From contig MCFH01000024.1 in the NCBI GenBank assembly GCA_002104945.1, positions 62,001 to 126,000 of the forward strand: a stretch of 64,000 bases of DNA. Direction: 5' to 3'. Numbering within the stretch: position 1 is the stretch's first letter; every line of letters begins with the position of its first letter. Under the pieces are notes generated by a model, which ran no database searches, was not told the origin of the DNA, and saw only the letters and a list, made by a program, of their open reading frames with translations. This document shows positions 48,553 through 64,000 of the stretch, piece by piece. Source of the stretch: Piromyces finnis finn (taxonomy: Eukaryota > Fungi > Neocallimastigomycota). Made by a program: the position numbers and the translations under genes.

Positions 48553-50403
48553 AAAAGGAATTAAATAAATAAATTACCAACTGGCCAATGTTAAAAAGCG
48601 TTTTTAGTAGGATGCTCATTTTTTCAAAAATAAAGCCAGTTTTTACAAAGTTTTACTCTAATTTTTTATATTTTGTAAAATTTATTCTTTCTCACCTTTG
48701 AAAAACGAACTAATTAAAATTTTTAATGCTGCCCAAATCCCTTTTTTTTTTTTTTTTTTTTTTCTTTTGGATAAAACAAAAAATTGCCAAAGAAAGGATA
48801 CTTTTTATATTTTAATGTTTTTTTTCCTTTCTGAGATAATTAAAAAAAAAAAAGGAAATAACATGATCAACATTTTTTTTTAGGATTATTCTCATAAAGA
48901 ATGACTCTTTTTCCTATCCCTTCATCCTTATTCATTTTAATTATTATTTCAAAATGTCATTACATTTTCTTATTTTTTTTTTTCAAGAAAGAATTGCTTT
49001 TATTTTATCGCTTTCTCACTTTTTCTTTTCACTTTTCTTAGCATTGATCCCTTTTTTTTTTATGAAACATGGCTCTTTATTAATGTACATGATTTAATTA
49101 ATATCCGTACATTAATTTTAAAAATGTAATTAAAAACACATTTTTATTAACTTTTTTTAGTTTATTAATTATTATATTATATTATATTTTATTATATATG
49201 AGATGAAATAGGTGATATATTTCATTTTATTATTATAATATATAAATCTATATATAGAAAATACAATTGTTTTTAAAAGTTTTTATATAGAAATAAAACA
49301 AATCAAATTATTTATTATTAATTGTAATATAGAGTTTATTTTATATATTAAAATTTAATATATATTTTTTTATTTAATTATCTCAAATCATTTTTTAAAG
49401 TTGTAGATGATATTTCCTTATTAAGAAATGTTTTAAATATTATATTATATTCTAATATATTAGAAATGATATTATATATTACAATATATGATTTAATTAA
49501 TTAGGAATATTATTAATATCATTTAATTAATACTAAAAAATATATTAACTATTTTAATTTAATATATTTTAATATATTATTCTCTTAAAGTTATTAAAAT
49601 TAAAACATTTTTTAATATAATAATATAGGATAATATATATTTTTGAATTTATTATTAATAAATAGACAAAAACTTTAATTAATATATTTTTTGTATTATA
49701 AAAGAAAGTTTTTGGAATTTTTTTTTTTTAATTTTAAACTTTTAATTTTTTTTTGATATTTTTTATTATGTATCATCATAAAAATATTATTTTTTTAATA
49801 TAAAAAAAAATTTATATTTTAGTAGATGAAATAAGTATTTTTCTTTTTTTTTTTTTTTTTTAAAAATTTTTATTATTTTTTAATCTATTTGAAAAGTCTT
49901 TTTTTTTAAAAAAAAATAGAAACTTTGAAACTTTATCGACGATAATGAAATAAATAAAAAAGCATAGTGCTACAAATAAAGGAAAAAAATAAAGCGATAA
50001 AAAGAATTAAACAATTATAATTTTATATTGTACCATAAAATATCCTATAAAATTATAATTAGATATTCTTTTTTTTACAATAATTTAAATTAAAATTAAA
50101 ATCACACTTTATTAAAACATAGATAGATTAAACTTTGAATACACATGTATTTTTATGATATTATGAAATTCATATCAATAATAATTAATTTTTAAAATAT
50201 AAACCTATATCATTTCATATATACTAGAAAAAGAAAAGTAAAATCTAGTAGCAGGAAAAAAAAGTAATATTAAATTCTTATCGTTATGCGATAAAACCTT
50301 GTAAAATACACACAAAATATCAATTATTTAAAAAAAATCAATATTACTAAATTTTGAAAGGAATCTTTTTTTTTTTATTAATTTAAAATAATATAAAATA
50401 AAA

Positions 50404-51536
50404 ATGGACCAAGTTAGTCAGTATGAAGACCTTTCTCTTTCATCAATAGGTCAAAGCAAAAATTTTTATCCATTAAAATTATTGGAATTAGTAGTTATAT
50501 TTGGTTTTATATTTTCAGTCATATGTAAAGTAACAAACCATAATAGTATACTTCATGAAAGTGCTATTATAAATAAAATTTATTCTTTTATACTAAGTAA
50601 AATGGTAATGTATTGTTACGCCTTTTTTTTTTTTTTCATTATAAAAAATTAAATGTTAAAAAAAGTATATTAACATTAAAGTCATTATAAAACTAATTTT
50701 TTTTAACATAAAAAAATGTATATTTATACACTATACAACTATTTACTTTTAATTATTATTAATAACAATAGAGTGGTGAAGAAAAGGGTTTAATTAGTTA
50801 TGCTGATGAAATCTCTTTATATGGTTTAAGATCCAATCAAGTCGATATTGTCATTAATAATGATATGGAAAAATTACCAATTAATCATATTTCAAACATT
50901 TCTCCAACAAATAATATTCCAATATCAACACCAAATTTAAAATTGGATGAAAATGGAAATATTATACCAGATGATTCTTTTTTAAAATCAAATCCATTTT
51001 TAATTCCAAGTAACTCCGTAAAGAAAACAGTAGAAAAAGAAAACCCAAACCAATACCCAACAATTATTGTTACCCTTCCTAATGATGCTATACTTCCATA
51101 TTCACCAAAAATTCCAATGGATATTTATTACAGAGAAGGATGGGTAGATTATTCTAATCCAAATTTAAATGACAATTATTATAATTCAAAATCTGCTCGA
51201 AAAACTAAAACCTACGATTATAATTATTTAGCACCACTTATACCAAAAAATCATTTTTCATTAAAGCTTCAACAATCTTTTATTCTTAAAAGTAAGGCCC
51301 AATCCTCATCAGAAATAACGTCAAAAGATCAATCTTTAAAAGTTATACCAGATGCCACTATTACCATAACAAATGAATTAAATACGATACAAGAACAATC
51401 AGTATCAACACCTCCAGTGGTTGGAAGTTATTATGTTAATGAAGATGTTAATGAATATTCAGAAGAATATGAATTAGTCAATCATGCTTTTTGGTGGCAA
51501 AGCGACACTAATCAACAGACGACAATCACGGTTTAA
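50404..51536 (+). CDS. Hypothetical protein (about 321 aa, 2 exons) with one N-terminal hydrophobic segment
   Basis: Exon 1 50404-50604 (donor GTAATG) joins in phase 0 to exon 2 50772-51536, in frame with the 223-aa ORF. No family recognised. Confidence 0.65.
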
Positions 51537-52875
51537 ATCAATATTTTACCTATATATATTCATTTCATTTATCCATCAATAATTTTATTTTTAATTCCAT
51601 TTATTTATCCTACTACATGAATACATTTCGCTATTATCAAATCATTCACCATTTTTACTATACTCTTTATGTTTCTTCAATTTTCTATAAATTAAAAAAA
51701 AGAAAAACTAACGAATCATGATTAGAAATCATGATAGGACATAATACTTTATTATACATAAGCTCATTCCATTAAAGTTGAAACTAATATAAATATTATT
51801 ATTATAATATAAATATGTAATATTTAATATTATTTAATTTTTATTTTAAACAGAAAATACGCCAAAAAAAAAAAAAAAAAAAAAACAATATCCTATTTAA
51901 ATTATTATTTTTTTTTTAAAAATTTTAATATGTAAACTAGTTTAATTTATATTAATAATAATAATAATTAAACAATATATACACTAGTTTGTAGAGAATA
52001 TATTGTTTAAATAGAAATGAATAATAGACCAAAAAAAAAAAAAAAGGACAAAAGAAAATGAAAATAACAGTCATTCTTATTTATAAATTAATCTATTATA
52101 TATAACTTATAGAAAATGGAAAAAACAATAATATATAAACATAAAAAAAAAAAAAAACATTGTATATATATGTATTTTGATTAATATATATAAAAAATAA
52201 AAAATAAAAAAAAAAAAATAAATTATTAAATGTATCTATAAAACAATTATTCTGGTAATAATTTAAAATAAAATAAAAAAAAAAAAAAAAAAAACTATAG
52301 ATTTTTTACCAATGACAATGGAGTGTATGTATGTATTATTATTACTTTTTTTTTTTTAAAAAAAAAAAATGGATTCTTTTTATCTATCTTTAGATTTTTT
52401 TTTTTTTTTCTATTCCATAAAAAAAAAAAATATAGATTTCAACTCTTTCGTTATAGATGATGATGATCATCTATTTTTTTGTTGTAATTCATAGGGATAA
52501 AAATACCTCTGTGTAAATAGATTAATTTTTTTTTTTTTTTTTTTTTAAATTTTATTATTATTATAATATACATAGTATATTATATATCGATATAAAAGAA
52601 AGGCTAATCACCTATTTAAAATAAAAATAAAAATAAAAATAAAAATCAACTAGTTCACGAATCATAATAAAAAAAAAAAAAAAATTAAAACATTTTATAA
52701 AGAAATAAATAATTACATAGAACAAACTTTACATTTAATCATTAATTAAAATAAAATATATTTATTAATTATAAAAAAAAAAAAGGATTAAAAATTTTTA
52801 AAATTAATCATTTACAAAAAAATAAAAAAAAAAATTTTTTTTTTAAAAAAGATACGTATGTATGGTGGTGTGGGT

Positions 52876-57425
<4,550 letters not shown>

Positions 57426-59286
57426 TTCTTTTTCTTTTTTTTTTTTTTTTATATTATTGAAATTTTAAAACTATATTGACTTTTTTTTTTTTGTATGACC
57501 AAATGTATATTTTTACAATGTCTTTTTTATTTATTTATTTTTTATTATATAAAATCTATTAAATATATATAAGTATAGAATAATAAAATAATGTGGTTAG
57601 TTTCTTTTTTTCTTTCTTTCTTTCTTTTTATTATTCCTAATACAATAACAGTAATAATATTCTAATAAATGAATATATTTTTTTATCTTTCTTTGTGGTT
57701 AGCCTCATTCATTTCATAAATAAAAAAGGAATGTTTTCATTATCCGTACTATTTTTTTTTATTTTTTAATATTATAATGCTCTTTGTTTACTCAATTCAA
57801 TTGTAATTATTATTGTTATTTTTTTTTCTAAAAAAGAATTTAGCTTCTTTTTTTTTAAAAAAAAAAGAAAAAAATTCAATTTTTTTTTCAAGTTTAACCT
57901 CCCATTTATTTTTATAATAATTTAACATTTTATTTATTTAAAACTTTTTTTATTTATTTAAAATAAATATTACTTTTTTTTTTTCTTATTGATATTTAAG
58001 AAAAGATAAAATTTTTTAAGCCATAAAAACTCCCAAAATTGCGATGATTTTTTCTTGTTTAAAACTTGATTTTTTTTTTTTTGTTTCTTTTTTTGAAATA
58101 AAAAAAAGGGAAAGAAAGAAAAGAAAAAAAAATCAAGTTTTACAACTAAAATTTATTTTTTATGGTAGTCAAAATTTTTGGTAGGAAATTTAAACTTTTT
58201 AATTATTTTTTAATATATTAAAATTTAATAAAAATTAAAATTTAATAATTTTTAATCAAATCAAAAAATTTAATTAAAAAATGGATTAAAAAAAAAGGAA
58301 AAGAGACCAATGCTTAAAATAATAAAAGGTGTAATGAAATAATAATAAAATAATACTATTTCATACTAATAGTAATACCATTTCCTATTTCTTTTTTATT
58401 TTTAAATAATACCTTTTGAAAAATAAAAAAAAATCTTTACCTTTTTCAGTAGTTTACACCTCTTCACCTAAGAAATTTATTATGATTTTAAATTTTAATT
58501 TTTTAATGATAATTCCATTTATAATACAATTAAATCTAATATATAAATAGAATATATTATTAATTATAGTTTAACTCTATTACTATATATATAGTATTTA
58601 AAAATTTATCTATTGAGATTATATTTAAAATATATTTAAAATAGTTCTATTTATTGTATTATATTTTAATATATAGGAACTAATTTAAAGTTTTTTAACT
58701 TTATAAATTTTAATTTTGGATGCTAGAAACTTACAACATATATTAGAATGTATTACAATATACTGAAACATATATTATACATAATAGATTCAACATAATT
58801 TAATTAAATGAAAGGAATAAATGAAAAAATGAATAAATAAAAAAGGAATAATTTTATAAACAATAATTTATTAATAAATAGAAATTTATTATATAAAGCA
58901 ATATAATTGAGTGTAATGGAATATATTACCTTTATTCAATTTAAAAAGTGTGACATAAAATTATCATTTTTTTTTAAAAGATAATGTTTTGGTTTGTTGG
59001 TTTGTGTGGGTGGTTAATAATTTGAATGGTATAAAAAAAAAGTATTCATTTGATAAACAAAAATGCATGCCTTTGCATTGTTTTTAACCCACTAAAAAAC
59101 ATTAAAAACTAGGCTAAAAAAGATAATAATTATGAATGCATAAAAAAGTGAAGAATTTTTTTAATTTCACCTAAATTTTATGGTAGTACAAAAAAATGAA
59201 AATGATAAAAAATTTTGATAATCAAAAAAGTTTATAAAGATAAAGAAATTATTAAATTTAAAAATGACCATTTCTTTTACTAAAAA

Positions 59287-59489
59287 AAAAAAAAAGTTGC
59301 TTTGGAAAGTGGTGAAAAGTGAAAAAAAAGTTGCTTTGGAAAGTGGTGAAAAGTAAAAAAAAAGTTGCTTTGGAAAGTGGTGAAAAGTAAAAAAAAAGTT
59401 GCTTTGGAAAGTGGTGAAAAGTAAAAAAAAATTGTTTTAGAAAGTGGTGAAAAGTAAAAAAAATTGTTTTAGAAAGTGGTGAAAAGTAA
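59287..59489. repeat. About 34-bp tandem repeat, 6 copies
   Basis: Unit (A)8-GTTGCTTTGGAAAGTGGTGAAAAGT four times, then the variant ATTGTTTTAGAAAGTGGTGAAAAGT twice. Confidence 0.95.
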
Positions 59490-59971
59490 AAGAAAAACTT
59501 TTTTTTTATTATTATAATTGAATACTTTATAATTGAGCCTGTTGATCAGGGAAGGAAAAAAAAATTCAACTTTTTATTATTAATATTGTAATATTTTTTT
59601 TAAAAGGTCGATATAAAAGGGAATATAAAAGTTCTTTTTTTTTTTTTTTAGTATTTTATTATTTAATTTTATACTATATAATTCATAATATTAAGCAATT
59701 ATGTTAATAATAGGAATTAGATATAATAATAATAAATTCTTTTTTTTTTTTTTTATTTAATAAATAAATAAATAATAATTTGTTATATTAATCATTTCTA
59801 TAAAAATATAACAATAATGATTTTTGAAAAAAAAAAATAGGATAAAAGGTCATTTCTTAATATTTCTTTTCTCTCTTTTTTTTTTGGAATTATATAAAAG
59901 ATTAGTATTAATGATTAATGGTTCTTTAATTTATTAAACTTATCATTATTACTATTTTCAAGTCATATACT

Positions 59972-62709
59972 TTATTCACATAAAGCAATCCATGATTGTT
60001 CAGGTTTTGCTTCATTACCAATTTTTACAATACCATGCTTTTCAGCACTTTTTATATAATCTTTTTTATGAAAAAATAAAGTTAGTTATTTTCATTAAGT
60101 TCGTTATTATTTCATATTTAAATATAAATTCATAAAATATATATTTTTAAAAAGTATTTACCTTCAAATGACTTTAATCCAGATCTTTCAAATATAAATG
60201 GATTTTTACGTAAAAGTAATTGTTTAATATACTTTTGTTTTGGCATGGCATTACCTTCCATCTTAGCATGATCTAATACTTCTACTAATAAATCAAAATA
60301 TCCTTGAACCATTGGACTTAATACTGATAATCGACGATCTCTAACATATTCCCCTTCCCCTATATTATATATTCATTCGAATAATTATTTTATATAGATT
60401 AGAAAAAGTTTAAAATGATGATGATGATGATGATGATGATGATTATCCTTATTAGTATAATCATAATCTATAGTATTATATATTATTATATACCGGTACA
60501 ATAAGGGTTAATATTGATACTGTTGACTTGTAATTGCATAGATGGATCATAAGTTATATTATTTTTGAAAGATGAATTATCATTATCAATAGACTCAACA
60601 TCATATTTAAGTTGACTACCTATACCTACACGTTGAATATTTTGATTTGGATTTAAAGTATTAATCATATTAGAACTATAGGATTTTGAAAGTTTAGATA
60701 AATTTCCTTTTGATCCTTTGGGTTGAGGAGGTGGGAAGGATGGGTATTCACCAGGACTTACAACTGATTTTTCTAATGCTTTATTGGTAGCTTCGATAGC
60801 TGAAAGATTGGTTTTGATAGTAATATTGGAAAAGGAGGATGAATGTTTCATACTATCCATACCAATACTACTTTGATTATCTGATTGTAATTCTACTGTT
60901 TCATCCATATTCAATACATCATATTTCCATTCTTTTTTTTTTCAATGAAAATAAAAAATTATTATGTAAATATAAAATTAATATAATTTTTTTTTGTATG
61001 TGTTAAGTGTAGGTAGGTTTAATGAATTCAGAAAAAAAATATGTATATCAAATATATATTTTAATTGTATTATTGTATATAGGTAGGTTAATAAATAAGT
61101 TTCATTAGAGATATAAATTTTTAATATTATTAAAAAGTTGAATGATTATCGTACCTAAAATCATATTAGCTTGAGATTTTAAAATAATTGAGGCACCTTT
61201 ATTTGGTACAATAAGAACAATATTATATCTAATGATGTATGCATAAATATTGTATATATATATATATCCATTAATAAATATTTTTACTTGTATATGTCTA
61301 TAGTATTTCAAATATAACTACTTTCTATTTCTTAATGTGGATAAGGCATAAACAAAATCTCTGAATATATCAAAAAATTATAATTTATTATTTGTAAACT
61401 TCAATGGTTACTCTTTAAATATATATATATATATCTATCATAAAAATTTAAATAAAAAACCTATCTCCAGAAATTAATACAATAGTAGCTATTATAAATC
61501 ATAAAATTTTTTTTTTTTTTTAAAAAAAAATAATAATTATTTATATATTATGATATATTATTAAAATATCTTTCTATCATCATTTCGATTTTTATTTACC
61601 TGGTGGTGGAGTATCTAATGCAAAAGCTTTTTTTTTTTTTTGTTTAACATATCAATATTTTTTGATTTTTTTTAATAATATTTTATATTTTAAGAAAAAA
61701 AAAAAAAAACAACCATATTTTTAAATAAGTAATGAATATTTAAACTATTTTTAAAATTAATATAGGAATTTATTTATTTATTTATTTTTTTTACCCAACA
61801 TATCTACTAATATCATTTTATCAGCTTTTTACACATAGATATATGTATTTATTTTTCATTATAATATTGATGATATATGCACATATATTATATAGATAAT
61901 TTATTATTATATTTTAAATAGAAATTGTATTATTTGTATTCGTATTGTCATATTCATATTATTATATATACAAGTATATAATGGTAAAAGAAAAGGACAA
62001 TTTGGTAAGATATTATGATTAATATTTAAATTAAAATTTTTAAAATTTTTACCTGCATCCTTTCTACCATTATGTGGACAATCAATTAATGATACACCAC
62101 TTGATTGTAATTCACTTCTAAGACTTTTTTTAGACGTTGAATCGGTAATTTGTAAATATGCCTTTATATATATATACCATTTTTTTTTTTCATTATCAGC
62201 ACAAAAAAGTTATAGAACATTACAATTTTTAAATGAATAATAAATATAGTATGAAAATAAATATAGATATTTTTACAAAAAATAACAATAAAAAAAAAAC
62301 ATAACATGAACATTAGTTTAATTAATAATAATTATGAAATAAATTCAATATATATGAAAAGAAAAGTCAATATTATATTTTTTATAGATAATTACTTTGA
62401 GAGTGATCATACTTCCAAAACGATGAATAACTCTTCTTAAATTTTCAACCACATAATATCCAGGCATTCCTGAAGGTGGAGGCTTTAAATAGCATAATTA
62501 TTAAAAAAAAATTAATAGATTGGTATATATTAATATACAAATTGAATAAATGATATTTATCTAAAACTATCTATATAAAATCATACACAATTTTCAAAAT
62601 CCCAAAAAACAGCACATTTATCATTAGTATTATTTAATTCATCTTTATTTTCTCCAAAATTTGGATTTTCATCCATAGAATTATTATCAAAGGATGGTTC
62701 CATATCCAT
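59972..62709 (-). CDS. NYN-domain protein (Limkain-b1/MARF1-type PIN-fold RNase) with a C-terminal LOTUS/OST-HTH-like region; multi-exon
   Basis: Spliced exons read AVFWDFENC-PPPSGMPGYYVVENLRRVIHRFG...SLRSELQSSGVSLIDCPHNGRKDAADKMILVDMLAFALDTPPP-ATIVLISGDRDFVYALSTLRNRK-YNIVLIVP; the C-terminus reads FDLLVEVLDHAKMEG...LLRKNPFIFERSG...YIKSAEKHGIVKIG...SWIALCE*. Confidence 0.88.
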
Positions 62710-63436
62710 TTTTTTTTATTATTAACGAGAAGCCTTTTAAAAATAAATTATTATTATTATTATAATATATATATTATATATATTATTTAATTATTAAGAT
62801 CTAATGAATTTAAAATTATAAATATGAATATATAACTTTTACTTTTGTATTAATTTTCTTTTTAAGAAAAAAAAAAAATAAAGAAATTGATTGACTATGC
62901 TTTGGTTAACAAAAAAGTAAATGAACACAAAACTTTATAATTTATTATATATAATTAAAAAAAAAAAAAACGTTTTATTAAATTATGACATTTATCACTA
63001 TGATATTAATTATTTTTGAATTAACTTTAATATAAATATATATTTTTTATAATTTTCTCTTTTTGTTTTTAATAATAGAATGAATGAAAATCAAAAAGTT
63101 TAAATTTATAAAAAAAAAAAAAAAAAAGGTATCCTCCACAATTTCATTGGGTGTTATTTTGAATGTAGAGTAATTAATATAAATATATATTTTTTTTAAA
63201 CAAATTAGAGATAAAAAATGAATGTTCTAAATATAAAGAACAAGTTTTTATTATATTTGTTATTATAATCATAGTTTATTGATTATCTTTTAATGAAATA
63301 GATTCAAAAGGTATATTTTTATTTATTTTTTTTTTTTGGTGCTGTTTCAGAAGTATTGTCTTAAACTCTAACTTATTATCTTATTAAAATTATTTATTAA
63401 TGAAATTTATTGAACAAAAGAAAATAAAATAATTTA

Positions 63437-63437
<1 letters not shown>

Positions 63438-63500
<63 letters not shown>
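63438..63500. repeat. (AAT)n microsatellite
   Basis: Directly visible. Confidence 0.95.
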
Positions 63501-63502
<2 letters not shown>

Positions 63503-64000
63503 TAAATTGTAATAATAGGAAATTATTTTTGATATTTGGAAAGAATTACCGTTAATAGGATAGGATATATAATTACAAAAATAAAAAAATCAAAGTTATA
63601 GTATTATTAAATACAAATGCTTATATGAGTTTTTTTTTGTTGTTCTCCTTTTACATCGTTTTTTAAAAAAAAAATTAAAAAAAGAAAAATAAAAGACGAA
63701 CTAAATATTTTTAAAATTATATAGAAAAAAACTACTTAATTATGATAAGTTTCTAAATATCCTATTTTTTTTTAAAAAAAAAAAAAAAAAAAAAAAGACT
63801 TTTTAATTTATTTATTTATATATATTTTATTAAAAAATTAAATATTATATTTATATACATGTAACTCCATCTATTATTATTAACATTATTATCATAACTT
63901 GTTTTTGTTTTACAATTTAAACTAATTTTTATACAAATTATTTATAATGGTATTAAACATCATTTCAATGTTCATTACCCTATATAATGTAACTTTGTTA

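Noticed and set aside
59287-59489. CRISPR array (also considered for 27224-27340 and 37479-37640)
   Set aside because: Units are contiguous with no unique spacers, there are no cas genes and the context is eukaryotic.

Overview
Very AT-rich, intron-containing eukaryotic DNA, most likely from an anaerobic gut fungus (Neocallimastigomycota), inferred from a gene with tandem fungal dockerin domains and the base composition. Host genes: a secreted multi-dockerin protein (5' part only, left edge), a Cys-rich type I membrane protein, a PCL/PHO80-family cyclin, an orphan protein, a MARK/Kin1/AMPK-related kinase and a NYN-domain (Limkain-b1/MARF1-type) ribonuclease. Mobile DNA: two intact, near-identical 5,994-bp Ty1/copia elements with separate 5-bp TSDs, a tRNA-headed SINE with a perfect 14-bp TSD, a roughly full-length but internally deleted APE-RT LINE plus two related relics, a chromodomain Gypsy relic, and a long inverted-repeat pair enclosing the Cys-rich gene. 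Best leads: (1) the copia primer-binding site is complementary to the anticodon arm of tRNA-Lys(CUU), implying half-tRNA priming; (2) the SINE; (3) the gene-carrying foldback element; (4) hairpin monomers in the LINE 5' UTR. No database searches or alignments were run; all homology calls come from motif recognition and manual comparison.
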